From assembly GCF_006345805.1 (NCBI RefSeq), contig NC_043004.1, positions 11,098,001 to 11,162,000 on the forward strand: a DNA stretch of 64,000 bases, read 5' to 3'. The stretch comes from Octopus sinensis (Eukaryota). The notes beneath the pieces were generated by a model. That model saw only the letters and a program-made list of their open reading frames with translations, was not told where the DNA came from and did no database searches. The position numbers were made by a program, and so were the translations under genes. Shown in pieces: positions 13,791-29,149 of the stretch. Within the stretch, counting starts at the first letter, position 1; each line of letters starts with the position of its first letter.

Positions 13791-14614
13791 CTAACTATAT
13801 ATCATGGCGTTATATATATATAATGTGTGTGTGTATGTATATCTATATCTAAATCTATATAAATGAAAGATCCAAGGATCATGTTATTAGGAGAAAGTGA
13901 TCTTCAAGCAATCTGTAGAAAATATTAAAAAAAATTACTTTCAAGAAGAATAGTGATTTATTGGGGCGGAATGTTGTGGATTTTTTTTTCCGTATCGAAA
14001 CACGATAAGCTGAAAGAAATTATTTTATATTTCACAGTAGGCAGCCAAGGTTGCTAGGTAGGCGAATAAAAATCTAAGTCGTAAGGAATAGAGTAAGTAA
14101 TACCCGAGCTTCACATGTTTCATAGTAAGAAGTATGCAGACTTACTCTTCAGCACTAGGATATGTTGATTACATGACGTTTATCCTGTCGTTATGAGGCT
14201 CATTTTAACACACGGAAAACACGAATCTGCTAAGGTGGGCCTCCTAACGTCAACTTCATTCAATCAAATAACCTTGGCCTGAGGAGTAACTGCAGTATGC
14301 ACCTCGTATGTATGTATGTATGTATGTATGTATGTATGTATGTATGTATGTATGTATGTACGTACCTATGTATATATGTACGTATGCGTGTATGTATGTA
14401 TGTGTGTATGTGTGTGTGTGTTTAAATATATATATATACCCATATGTGTGTGTGTGTGTATGTGTGTGTTCATATATACGTATATATATGTATAGTTATC
14501 TCCAAATAAGGAATTATGAAAGCAGACACACACATAAATATATAGATGTACATAAATACATATATATACATACATGCATACACACGCATACATAGACTCT
14601 CACATACATACACA

Positions 14615-14645
<31 letters not shown>

Positions 14646-16174
14646 GCATACAAACACATACACACATTTTTAGGATTTCGGCTCACGTGCCTTTATCATA
14701 CAGATTATTTTTGTCTTTTTCTTCTTCTTTTGTCTTTTTATACGATTTTGCAGGTTATTTTCTGGGAATTCGTGGAGCCGCCCGAGAAATAATTATGTGT
14801 GAAGCAAGTTTTGCGCAGCAGCTTGATATTACAAGAAACATTAACAATTCAATGTAGGTTTCGCTGTTGTTTCTAGCACAACACAAATCACCCTCCTTTT
14901 TCACTCTTGCTTGTATTGATGTTTTTTCAATATTTCTCTCCCATTAAACACATTTTTTTGGCATGATGATGCCGAAGTAACACACGCGGCGTCCATAGGT
15001 GGAAGAGAAACAGCAAAATAAATCGTAATCTAAAATTTTACCTCCACCGTTGCTTTGAAACCGCGAACTGTTCACCGACAAAACTTCGTGCTGCATCACT
15101 TTTGAGAAGTTTTGTCAGTGAACAGGTCACTGTTTAAAGGCAACGTAAATATTTTGACACAAACGAAATTTAATGTTGAACTGAAACTGACGGCTTTTGT
15201 GTTATCTTGAATGGCTTACAAACAACTTCCACGCTGCAATTGTTTTTGTTTTAGCACACGATCTCAGATCAAGTAACTTGCTATGCAAGCACCTCTCCGT
15301 ATTTTAAAAATATCACTGTTGATAAATGCCAGCAATCACCTTCTCAGGCTCTCCAATATTTTAATTTCTAAAAGAGATAATCGGGGGCAGGGAATGGGGT
15401 TACCAAAAATTCATAATCCCTCAAATTTTCTTTTTTACAGCATTTAAATGTATTTATGGGGGAAAATATTGAAAAACATCAATGCATGCGAGAGTGGTAA
15501 AGAAACGAGGAGGGTTTTCTTTGGACACGCTGGAAACAACAGCCAAATCGTCCTTAAATCACTCCTTTCCCTCTGAAAATATTAGCAATGTTTTTTTTTT
15601 TTTTACCGAAAATGTTCTTCTCGTGGTTTGGAAGTGTGAAAACAAAATTGGCAAAAATTTGGACCGGAGTAGGGATCATAATGTAGGTGGGGTTGTAAAA
15701 AAATATAATTTTCAAAACTTTTTTTCATACAAAGATTACCCCACCCCTACGCCCACTCATCATTTCGAAGGCTGTGGTTTTTAAAAAAATGAGGAAAATC
15801 TCCGAAAAAATTTTCCCTACAAATTTATTTCAAATCGTAATCTATGCTGCTTGAAAGGGATTTGTATAAATTTTCCTTAAAAGATACCCATTTTCCTTAA
15901 AGTTATGAATGAAAAAATCAGATCGTGTGAATTTTACAAAACTCCTCTCTCCACCTCCTCGAAAAAATTCCTTCCCATAAACTCCTATAAACTCTGAAGC
16001 CACAACATCTAAGCGGTATTTGTAGAAAATTTTGTTTAAAATTATCCATTTTTCTGAATATTATGAGGCAACAAATTCGGGGCCGTATACATCTGTAGTA
16101 ATGCCCTTTTATTTATACGATGTTTTCATTCCATGTTTATTTTATTCATTGTTTAGAATGTTCTTTCTCCAACC

Positions 16175-16218
<44 letters not shown>

Positions 16219-18435
16219 GACACACACACACTGAAAAGTTTACCGAAAGGCTGCTGAATTGTAATCTTTATGTTTCTTTGAGGGGCAGGTAAAACTTGAC
16301 AAATTACCTCACCCTCTGTTGTTGGACTTCCGAGGTGTTTGTTTAAAAGAGAGAGATTGTGACTGATAAAATAATGAAGGCTATATTTACTAGGCAAGTG
16401 AGCACTGTTATACAAAGAAATAATTAGACGTAAAATATAAAAAAATTATTAGAATCGGGAATCAAATGTGAAAATATTACTGACGGGCTAGCAGAAAACC
16501 GCCCGCAAAGCGGTCTCTCTGGTACTATATATAATGGATAAAATACTAATGACCTTTAATACTTACTCATCTTTTTCAATGTATTGAAAGAGTTCAATTA
16601 TTGTCACGTGATGAAATAATAGCCAATCATAGTAATTCTAGTGAGATGTCTTAGGAAGGATAACAGTATATCCGCGGAAAAGTTACACAGGAACGATTTC
16701 TACATAGACTCAAATAGAGTAGCGTCCCCGTGAGATGAGAAACTGCGATCAGTTGAGATCATTGAAGCAATTAGGATAAAGAGGAACTCTCCAACGCTCA
16801 AATCTAAAAGTTGGCTTGTAATTGCCAATGAAAAAAAATTCAAAATATAATATAAAATATTACGAATCATTAGTTAATAATATTTTGTCTTCTTCCTTCA
16901 TAGTATTTTTGATCATATAGATAAAGATTTGCTCGCATCACTAAGGATGAAATTTTAATTAATTAAATTTCTTGCTTTATTACATCAAGTATGTTAGCTC
17001 TTACTTCATTTATTAAGTTTTCACGCATGACAGGTCTCAGTATTTCTCACCACAATCTACTACTACTACTACTACTACTACTACCATCACAACAAAATTT
17101 TCTTCATTTTTGAATAAAGTTTGGTTTTTTAATGTTCCATTCATTAAATATGTATAACCAAATAAACAACCGTTATTCAACATGTGAATGGTGCCGAAAG
17201 AATTCCTTTATTTTGCTTTAATTCTTTTCAATGTTCTTTATTATGGAACTGTGGCTAAGCTGGGCCACCGTCCGTACAGAGATTTTCGTCGGGCAAACTG
17301 GTAACAGTAGGTAATTTAAATATGCTATTTACTCTATCGGTTATATTTTGCCGAACCACTAGATAAGGAATCGGTTATCGGTTGTCAACTCGTAGGGAGA
17401 CAAGCGTACAGATGGTTATATTCATAGAATAAAACACAAACATCGCGCGCACGCACACGACAGGATAGATAAACTGATAAGCACATACATATATATATTC
17501 ACATCGGGTTTCTAATAGTTTTTACTTGCAAACCTTACCCACAAGACATTGGTCAACACGAGATTAAGCTATATGTCACTTCCCTAAGAAGCCCTGCAAT
17601 GGGAGTGAATCCAAACCAGGAACTTCCGAAATAAAATTCTTAATTATACAACTATGCTTACACCTTTTTTTACACTTTAATTTATTTCTACATGTACCGG
17701 CAATTAGAAATTTCTGTTGTCGTTTAGAATTAAGTCAGCATTGCTCCAGTTCACGCATGATTGCTGCAGTTCGCTGATAGCATCCTAGCTTATTGCACTT
17801 GAGGTAGTAATATATTCTATGTTGCAAGTAGGGTGGCATTCAGTTGTTATATCTGGTAGCTGGAATAATTACTTACAGGTGTAAATCCTTCTGACTATGC
17901 GGCCTCCATTTAATATAGAATTTCTGTATAGAAATTTAGTGATTTATCAAAGCCCTTCCAAGTAAGAAAGCCCGTCATAATGACAATTCTAACTCTGATG
18001 TAGTATTCTTAATCCGCCCACCATTTTGAAACAGTCAGCCTCTCAGTGAATCCTTTTTGCAGAAATCACTTCGTTGCAGGCCTTGCGCTCAATTTGATGC
18101 GTGAGAATACTTTCTTCGTTGCTATCAATCTCTTACCTAGATGTTCATCAAAAGGTGCCGTCATGTTTTCAGTGGAGAATCTATTAAAAGAAAAGAATAC
18201 AATAGAAATAGATTTGATTTCTAGTGTTAACCCTTAAACTCGAACGAGAGCAAAACATTTATAGATTTACTTGAAAATATTTGCAAACAACAATACTGTT
18301 AATGGAATAATAGGTTCCATTAGCTGTATTTCATCCTCTTTTAGTTTTGCAATTTTTGAAGCATTAAATTTGTATTCATTGAATACACACACGTACACAC
18401 ACGTATGTATATGTACGTAAAGGCAGATAGAAAGG

Positions 18436-18485
<50 letters not shown>

Positions 18486-18632
18486 TTCATAATGCATGTA
18501 TGCATATATGTCTGTATTTATACATATATGTATATATATATGTGTATATATGTACATTTACATATTTACATATATATATACATACAGACATACATATATG
18601 TACATATATATGTATATATATATATACATACA

Positions 18633-18671
<39 letters not shown>

Positions 18672-19633
18672 TTATGTATGTATATGTATATATATATATG
18701 TATATATATGCATGTATGTTTGTGTGTGTATGCGTTTTTACGTTGCATTTACAGTAGATGTATTTCTGTATGAATATATATTTTTCATGATATACGTGTC
18801 TCGTATGCCCGTACAGGTAAATTTTGCACTCTACCTATCTCATGCATTATAATATCATCATCAACAACAATAAAGACAACAACAACAACAAATACAAAAA
18901 CAACAACAGTAGCAGCAACACCACAAACAACAACCAAAGAAAAAAAATAACTGTAAATACAAAAAAAAAAAAGCGAATAACAATACAAGTGTTAAGATTT
19001 TAGTTAATGCATAGATGATCTTTTCGCATGTACAATAGCCCCACTTCCGTCAATAATTGATTAATTATACGAGAGAAAATATTGAAAAATTTTGAACGTA
19101 AAAATTTAGCAGCAAGAAAACTTGAAAGAAATTTCACCATCTCTTATAAAGATGTAACTAATTCCAAAGATGATTAAACAATGCATCGTAATTGCATTGT
19201 TGTTCTTTAGATGATGTTTGACATATTCGTTAAAATATTGATTCGTTTCAATGTTATACACACTGACAAAATGATATTGCAATGAAAATCGGATTATTCA
19301 CGTTATTCTTGTTTGCTTGTTTGTTTGTGTATATGAATGTATTTGAATGAGTGCGCATGCGTGTGTGTGTGTGTGTGTGTATTTGAATATGTGTGTTTAT
19401 ATATGTGCGTTTGTTTGTAAGTGCGTGCGTAAGTGCGTGTCATTTAAATTAAAATGGATGAAAAATCTATTTAAGATAATAAACCGGTGCCAGTAAAGCT
19501 GAGCGTTTTTCGACTTTTCTCTCATTTCCGTCGACGTATATGCCGTTTGAACTCTATTTTATATTTTAATATAATTTATGAAGAAGAGCAAAGTAATATT
19601 AAATAACGTTGTGAAAGCATAAACAGGAAAAGC

Positions 19634-19674
<41 letters not shown>

Positions 19675-19730
19675 GTATGTATGTATGTATGTATATGTAC
19701 GCACTTATATATTGTATATATATGTGTGTT

Positions 19731-19768
<38 letters not shown>

Positions 19769-19979
19769 ACATATGTATATATATATATCCAAGCTAGAAA
19801 GAGAGGGGCAGAGACAGAGAGATAGAGAACAAGCGAGAGAAAGAGAAAGAGACTCATGAAATTAATAAGTAATGAATGTAGAAAAAACAAAACGATATGA
19901 AAGACGAAAGAAAATATTTGAATTAAAAATACCTAAAAGAACAAAATGCAATAATACATAAAATATAATAATAATAATG

Positions 19980-20027
<48 letters not shown>

Positions 20028-20063
20028 GTAATAATAATAATAATAATTATAATAATAATAATA

Positions 20064-20111
<48 letters not shown>

Positions 20112-20523
20112 TAATAATAATAATAATTGTAATAATAACAGTTGTAATAAAAATAGCAACGTGAGTTTATAACTTGAAATAATTAAAAATATATAGACCA
20201 GTTTTCCTCATTTCTGAAGAAAGAGGAGTTATGATAAACTTATAATATCTAACATATTAGCCGTGCATTAATGGTGGGCATGATAGTCAAGGTTAAGTAT
20301 AATGGGTAGTCGTAAGGAGAAATGGAAGGAGGATAGGAGGAGGAGCCGGAAAAGGAAAAGGAAGTGTGAAGGAGAGAACCTTGGAGAAGGAGGAAGAAGA
20401 ATGAAGAGAAGAAAAAGACGCAAAAGCAAAAAAGATGATTAAGAAATGGTGAATAAGGATTGCCAAGATGCGATAGGAGAGGAGTTGAGTAGATTTTAAA
20501 AACGCTATACATACATAGCTATG

Positions 20524-20575
<52 letters not shown>

Positions 20576-22135
20576 CATATGTATGTATGTATGTATATAT
20601 ATATACATATATGCATGTATTCATACAATTACATATATATGCTCGTGTCTGTGTATATATATATAAAATATATGTTATATGTATAATATATATATATATA
20701 TATATATCTGTATACTATGTATGTATATATATATGTGTGTGTGAGTGCGTGTGTGTGTGTGTGTGTATGTATGTATATTTATTATATGTACCTAGAGGAA
20801 GCAAAGTAATTAGTAATAAGCCACCCTTTTTAATCTGTTATATTACATGTACTATACATACATAGCCACAAACACACAAATAGACACAGACGCACACACA
20901 CACACACATGTACATATGTTGCTAAAATTATAGATAACACAGAGACAGGTAAAAAAAAAACGCAGTGTATATCTACGCTCAGGAAAGATAGCGAGACAAG
21001 TCTCTTACGCTTTCCTCATACGCTTTTCTTAATCGTAAATAAAAGAACGGAAGTTTTTCTGTGCCATAATCCCAGAAAGCCGGTTTCTAGGTTTCTGTGT
21101 CGTATATATTTCTTCCTGAACGGGGCGCCGGTCCGTCGCTGGGTAACTTATTCTTATGAAGTGGGTTCACTGAAGCAGTACGACATATAATTGTTTTGCT
21201 CAAGAACACTACACCCTGGCACGAAACTCCAACAAGTCTTACGCCTATGAGTGTAACATTTTAACAAGCAAACCACGCGCATCCATACATAAATAATACA
21301 TACATACATATGCACATATATATCTACATTATCTCTTTCTCTCTCTCTCTTTCTCTCTCTATCCCTCTCTGTATATCAGTTGTATAAAATTACATGTTGT
21401 GGTTTTCATGTTTTTTATTAATGTTTTTAAAAAAAGTTTTTACAATGTTGAAGTGTGTTAAACATTTTGGAAAAATATTTAGTAATGTTCATAAAATTCA
21501 GTTAACGCTTTCATATGTTCCTAGTAATCATCAGATTTCAAAATGTATTAAGTGACAGTTGAGTTGAGTGCTTGAAAACTGTAGTGGAATGACCGAGGTT
21601 TTCCTTTTTAAACCTTTTAGAAAGCCTCGACAAGCTGAATTTTTCCGATACGGTTTTGACCAATCAGTATGCATCGTAAATGTCTCGGTTTGACGGGCGC
21701 ATGATAGTATAGATCCCGCTTCTATTTTAACCAATTAGCTTGCGGTTTACATGTAATGGTTTTATGAGTGAGCAAACTTAGTTGGTTTCGATCGTTTTTA
21801 TTTCAATCGGTGGGAGTCTTCTGCAATTTGTTTATATGCTTATGTTAAAAATATATTTTAATCCCCATCATTAACTGGTTGTTATATTATTGTTGTTATT
21901 TCCGTTCAGAACAGGTTTGAACGTTTTAATAAAGCGTTTTTCTTTTATTTCTCTTCGAAACTCCCTTATGGCATGTAACTTGTGGAAAGGAAAAATTAGA
22001 AACATTCTGGAGCAATGCCTTTAGTCGAATGAATCGATTCCTTGTAAGCCAAAATGCTTATTCTTTTGCCGAGACGCTAGGTTATCGGTGTCAAGCGATA
22101 GTAGGGTAACAAACACAGACACACAAATACATAAT

Positions 22136-22182
<47 letters not shown>

Positions 22183-22599
22183 ACAGGCTCTTTTCAGTTT
22201 CCCCTTACCAAATCCACTCACAAGGGTTTGGTCGGCCCCTGACTGTAGTAGAAGCTATTTGCTCATGGTGCTACGCGTTGAGACTGAACCCGGTACTGTG
22301 TGGTTGGGAAGCAAGCTTCTTACCACACAACCACTCCTGTGCCTGCATGTATGCATATATAATATGTACACACATACACACACACACACACACACCACAC
22401 ACACACACACACATATATATATATACAAAAGAATCCAGTGAAATCCATGAAGGTGGAATCAGAGGATCCAGAGGTAATCCGGGTGGAGGGCTGGTATATG
22501 GATATATGGATGAGTAGAGGTCTGAAAGTTCGGAAAGTGCTTTAGATATGGAAGTTCAGTCAGGATCAAACCGGGGTAACCATGTGAGCGAATAATATA

Positions 22600-22850
22600 T
22601 AGTTGATATTTATAGAAATACAGAAGACGATGACAGGTGTGTGAACAACAAGCAAGTGTGTTAGCTGGACCGCTGAAATCTACAAGTTTATTTCATTCTA
22701 TCTCTGTTTTCTTTTAATCCTTTCTGTTTAAGAGCATAGGCTCGAAACGGAAAAGACATTTTCATTTTTCCCGAGCGTCAAAATAATACTTATTGTTGTT
22801 GTTCATACACCTATCTTCGTTGTTTTTGCATTTCTATAAATTTCAACTAT
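22600..22850 (+). mobile_element. Same family; imperfect inverted arms around a degenerate HHR-like motif (22720-22755)
   Basis: CTTT-CTGTTTA-A-GAGC-ATAG-GCTC-GAAAC-GGA-AAAG. Arms TTTATAGAAAT...GTGTGAACAACAA and TTGTTGTTCATACAC...ATTTCTATAAA. Confidence 0.5.
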
Positions 22851-22863
22851 ATATATATACATA

Positions 22864-22941
<78 letters not shown>

Positions 22942-24201
22942 ATATATATGTACATATATACATAATTACATACACACACATGTATTTATATAGATATATA
23001 TGTATATAATCGAATGCATTGGAGGAGTATACGTCTCAAGATATCCTGCATAACCATCGTAGCTTTCTCTCGGCCACCTAGGTGACTCTCAAGTATAAGA
23101 GGAAAATAAATAAAACATATTTGTGCTATTATTTTAAACTGTCGTATGTCCAAATTTGGCCAAATGCGTCTATTTTCACTATTTATTTTTGCTTGCAGTA
23201 GCCGGTTCTTTTGGTCAAACTATCATATTTCCAGCTGCTTTAGAAGCCATGATGTCAAAAATTGAGGAAATGTAGTAGAACAGATTTGCTATGGAATAGG
23301 GAATCTATTCGTTTTCTGAAAAGCAACATTTTAGACTTAGCAACGTATGAAAACAAATGAAAAATTCCTATCAGCTATATTCTAAAAGACGTAGAATCAG
23401 CTTTAAGGAATTATAAAAACTAAAGTCATCATCAAAATCCTAATAATTTCAGAATAAAATTTCCTTATTATTGAAATGCCATTCTTAGCTAATCATTTTC
23501 ACACTAGCAAATTCTGCCTACTTCAAATGCGTTATTCTGCTGTATACAAGGTTATCATTAATGTTAAAAGATGACAACTTAAAAATGCGTTTATGTGCTG
23601 TGGATAAGATTGGGAACATTCTCATGTCAACGGTGTCGTTGTTTAATTTTTTCTCTTTTTCGGTTATCACTTTTATTTATTTATAGTTCTGTTGTAATAG
23701 AATTATTTCTTATTTTCTACTTGTTCCTGTATGAATGAGAGATAATTAATGAGATGCGTATTTATTAGTGGAGGTAATTAATGATCAATCTGCTAATACT
23801 TTCATCCTTGCTCAAGTTTCAATTTATTATTATACTTCTTCAAAACGACGGGTACTAATGCTACATCTTCTACAACATTCTTTCCCACTCGCATACTTTT
23901 ACGTTCGTCCATACGCTGTTCCCCCTTGTACTTTCGCTTCTTTTCTAAAAATCCTTTCAATGCTACAATTGATTGCTAATCTGATCATGTATTAAAAAAA
24001 CAGTAAACTAAAAGGCTAAATTTATCTACACAAGTAAAAAAATGTAGGTTTCCTGTCATAAATACATGTATAAATAAATATCAATGAGGATTAATAAAGC
24101 AATAAATAATCACCTTAATCTAAAATATACAATGACGTAACTAATAAATTAATGCATAAAGATAATGTGATCGGTCAGAAGAAAATTTAGGAACACGTAA
24201 G

Positions 24202-24246
<45 letters not shown>

Positions 24247-24340
24247 TTGAAAGACAGAAGAAGAATGAATGAGAATAAAATAAGACACTAAGACGTAAAT
24301 TTTGCCTCGTTTCATATTGTAACTCTATCTCTATATCTGT

Positions 24341-24680
24341 GAAGGCACATAGCTCAGTGGTTAGAGCGTGGAGCTAACGATCGTGAGGTTGGGAGTTCGA
24401 TTCCCGGATCGGGCTGTGTGTTGTGTTCTTGAGCAAGACACTTTATTTCACGTTGCTCCAGTTAACTCAGCTGTAGAAATGGGTTGCGACATCAATGGTG
24501 CCGAGTTGTATCAGACTTTGCCGTTCCCTTGGATAATATCAGTGGTGTGGAGAGGGGAGGCTGGTATGCATGGGCGACTGCTGGTTTTACATAAACAACC
24601 TTGCCCGGAATTGTGCCTCGGAGGGTAACTTTTAGTGTGCAATCCCATGGTCATTCATGACTGAAGGGGTTCTCCCTATC
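24341..24680 (+). mobile_element. tRNA-derived SINE family C
   Basis: A box TAGCTCAGTGG and B box GTTCGATTCC, then CTTGAGCAAGACACTTTAT; diverged second copy at 6736-7110. Confidence 0.8.
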
Positions 24681-25522
24681 TCCATATCTGTATCACTTTG
24701 ACACCAAACTTCCTGCTCTTTCTCTTGCATATTTGCATTAACTCTCTCGTGTGCACAGGCTCTCTCTTCTGAAAATCACCTGCCATTTCCCTCAATTTCT
24801 CTATCTCCCTCTCTCTCATTTACTCTCCTAAGACAGCGACAAGCTTCGTTTCCCAACCAATCCTTTCACTCCTGTTCTGGTGTGTTTCTGTATAAGTATC
24901 CCATCCAAAACCACAACCATTTATCATTATCTTGTCATATTTCTATAGCTTCTAACTTCTGCTCTCTTCTGTTCCTAGATTTTACTGCTTCTTCTCTGAT
25001 TCCTCTCTCGCTGTATCATGCCCTAATCACTGTTATTCGCGGCACCAGCATTGCTAACGCTTCCGCTTCCGCTTCCACGAGTACCATAACTACCATTTTT
25101 TACTTCTTAAGTCTATATTTTGAGTGTCATAACTGGTACGTAGATAGAGTCATGCTGTCGTATTAATGTATAGATGCACACACGCACAAACACACACAAA
25201 GGCATACACACACATACACAAACACATATATGCACACACACACACACACATATAGTTAATCCACATAAGAATAAAGAGAAAACACAACAACGCGAGGACG
25301 TGGAACAAGTTTAGTGTTATTGGACGCCTAGGAAAGGAAAGAAATAAGGAGGATTTAACGCTTCGAGCGGAGCTTTTCGTCAGAAATATAGAAAGAAGGA
25401 AAAGTTCAAGGAATGGAAGATAGAGAAAGAAAATCGCCAACGATACACACGCGGTCACATATTGAAATGGATATATATAAATAAATATATAAATAAATAA
25501 ATAAATAAATAAATATATATAT

Positions 25523-25564
<42 letters not shown>

Positions 25565-26082
25565 TGATAGATATACGTATATACGTACATATATACACCA
25601 ATGTGCATATTTTATATATATATTCTTTTATTCTTTTAATTGTTCCTATCATTTATTGCAGCCATGCTGGAGCACCGCCTTAACGGGTTTTTTTGTCGAA
25701 GGATTCGACCCAGGTCCTACTATTTGTCAGCCTAGTACTTAATCTATCGGTCTCTGTCGGCAAACCACTAAGTTACGGGGAAGTAAACACACCACCATAG
25801 GTGATCAAGCGATGATATGAGGACAAACGCTGACACAAAGACACATACACACATGTATGTATATATACGTCGAGCTTCTTTCAGTTTCTGTCTACCAAAT
25901 CCTCTCACAACAACTTGGTCGGCCTGAGACTGTAGAAAATTCTTGCCAAAGTCGCCTCGAAGTGAAATAGAAATAGTTGTTTCGTCGTTAAGTTTTATAC
26001 ATCGAAACGTAAAGGACTAATACATCTGTTTGATGTTTACACACCCGTCTTCGTCTTTTGTTTTGTTGTAAATTCTTACTGC

Positions 26083-26167
<85 letters not shown>

Positions 26168-26377
26168 CATATAACTAAAAATAAGGTGGTTTTAACGTGG
26201 TTTTTAGAGGGTTTTGACTGCTATTTCGGCATGGTGGTGTCTCTCAGACACCCTTATTTTTTGTTGTAAAAAACAAAAAAAATTATTACCTTTGTACGGT
26301 ATTTTTCCCATGCTGGCCACTTGATAATATCGATAGTTAAATAACGATATTATCCTTATTTACAAATTTATATATAC

Positions 26378-26521
<144 letters not shown>

Positions 26522-28843
26522 GTTAGTACGCATGAGCGGCTTTGTATATATGTATACGTATGGGATAGTAGGATACAAGGTAAATACTTATATAAGTCCT
26601 ACAATTTGTGACAATCTAAAAGAAATAACTTAAATAGAGAGTAGTAAGTAAAGGGTGGTATTTAGAATTATGGTGTGATTGGATGTAATGGAGGTGTGAT
26701 GGAGGTTCTGATAATGTTGAACGGATTAAGATATAGAAAGAGATATAGTGAGTGAGAACAATTAAAATATAGAGGTGGTAGGAGGCAAAAACTTTTAATG
26801 TTATGAAATTAATGAAAGACAATTGAACTAATTTACGCGCACAGTGACAACACAAAATTAGTTGGTTGAAGTAACCACTTGTAGGTAAAATGAAGGGGCT
26901 TTAAGAGTTCACAATTAAATAGTCTTATCTTCCGCAAACCATCATCAATGAAGCTTATTTCAATTATATTCTTAAGATAATCCTTTTGATCATTACTCTC
27001 CATAATTATATTTCGAACTTGTCGTTACTTCACCTACTGTTTTGATTGATTAATATGGGAATATTATTTTTATTCCTGTGAGAAAATGTCCACGGTTTTC
27101 CACAGATAAAAGACATAATACAATAATTCTTTGTAATCTCGTATATTTATTTCTTATGTTATTTATTTTAAGCTCTTAAGTATATAAAGATTTCTTGAAT
27201 GTTAATAGAACATTGTTTTAAGAAATCATCTCCTAAAATCTTCGTTTATATGTTGCAACTGTTTTATAAATCCGAATTATAAAATGATTCGTAGATTCAG
27301 AGAATTGGTAGAGGGTCAGAAAAATGATTTACAATACCGTATATATGTTTAATTTTTCTTCTGTTCTCCGTTCGAATCTTATAAAGTAATTTTGTTGTTC
27401 GCTTCGTTTTCTTATTGTTGATAGAATAATAATGCAGACACTATGTTGTGTTAATCTGTTTAATTGATTAAAACAAAACTTTTGGGATTAGCAGAAGAAA
27501 TTATTATTTCATTCTCAAACAATGTGCAGTAGTTTCTAGACTCCACATCCCAATTAGACTTGATGGACGATGTAGAAATGGGCGGTTCCTTATTAACGTT
27601 TTATATATCGAGGACCCAATTGTTTGGTGTGCCCTTATCCAACGACTCCATAAAGGATGCCATCATGGCTCGTTATAGATATTAAATTAGTAATTATTGA
27701 ACAACAAATTCCTGCATTTTGAAGGTTGTGTAACCACTGTTTGGTGAGATAGTAAGAGCAGAAGCCCCGTAAATCTGGCTGTACAGTAACCGTAATGATG
27801 TTCGATAAACCGGGACCCACTAAATTAAGGGGATGTTAGCAACACTTTCCATATCAATTGTGGTCACATTAGCAACACTGATAGCCGGATGGGTCTGTTA
27901 CTACCGATGCAGATAATTATATCAATGTTGAAGATAACTCTGACAATCATGTGGGGGGTAAATATTGATGATCACGATAACGATGATAATGACGACGACG
28001 ACGATGACGACAGCGATGGAATTGGTGGTGGTGGTGGTGGTGATGATAAGAAAGATAGTTGTAATGATACTCAAGTAAATGATAGAATTATATGCTGAAG
28101 TAAAAGAAGCGAAACCTTATAGATTGAAGTCATCAAATATCTAGATAAATATCTCCACAACAACAGTAAAAACAGCAACGAAATCAAAGTAAAGCCCAAA
28201 TCGAATGAAACAGGGGAAAAAAAACAAACAGCCAAACAAGCAGATGATGCAACAAAAGGAACAACAAAAACGTTAATAACAAAATCTATAAAAAGAAAGC
28301 ATTGCAACAATAATATCAAACACAAGGACAGCAATTACAGTAATAAAAAAGGGGCTAAAAACACCAAAAAATATGAATAGATATGAAAAGAGGAGAGGAT
28401 AGCGGGAGGTGGTAGATAATTATGATAAGACTTTCATTGTACAATTGTATTATCAACAGAAATATAGTAGAGGGAAGTTAATAAGGCGCCATTTTGACTT
28501 TCCATTAATGCAATATAATCACATGAAATGGCGTGCAATCTTTTTTTAACGAACAAATTGATAGATAAATAATCAACTCAAATAGATATCGTTAATCACG
28601 GGAAACTAAATCGTCATTTTTTGCTCTCTTTATACGAACGCCTTTTCCTACGTAGTTTCTTTTTATTTGAGGCATAAACAATAATTAACAAAATGGAAAA
28701 GAAAACAGTAGTTCCAACACCTGCGACGGTTGTATAGAGATTCGACGACACACGTACGCGCAGTCTTGCACATATACATAGAAGATACATGCTCACATAT
28801 ACAGGAGTGCGTACGTGGTTATATGAATACATACATACATAGA

Positions 28844-28917
<74 letters not shown>

Positions 28918-28930
28918 TATATATACATAC

Positions 28931-28961
<31 letters not shown>

Positions 28962-29149
28962 ATATGTATAAACATATAGATACACACACACACATATATA
29001 TTTGATATCATCATAAGTTGCATTTCAAAGAGGCTATGCGGTTATCGATTACCATACGCTATCATACAGCAGGACTGCTCCTTTTACTGTATATACACGT
29101 GAAAATTATTTAATAGATGCAGAATTTCTATTTCTATATTTATGAAACA

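Noticed and set aside
17799-17830. TGAGGTAGTA, matching the let-7 5' end
   Set aside because: The match stops after 10 nt and no precursor hairpin is evident.
24341-24420. tRNA genes at SINE heads
   Set aside because: A and B boxes continue into SINE bodies with no complete cloverleaf or terminator.
27480-27960. Complex unique sequence with peptide-like stretches (TVTVMMFDKPGPT; a hydrophobic run)
   Set aside because: Stops in all frames on both strands and no consistent motif.
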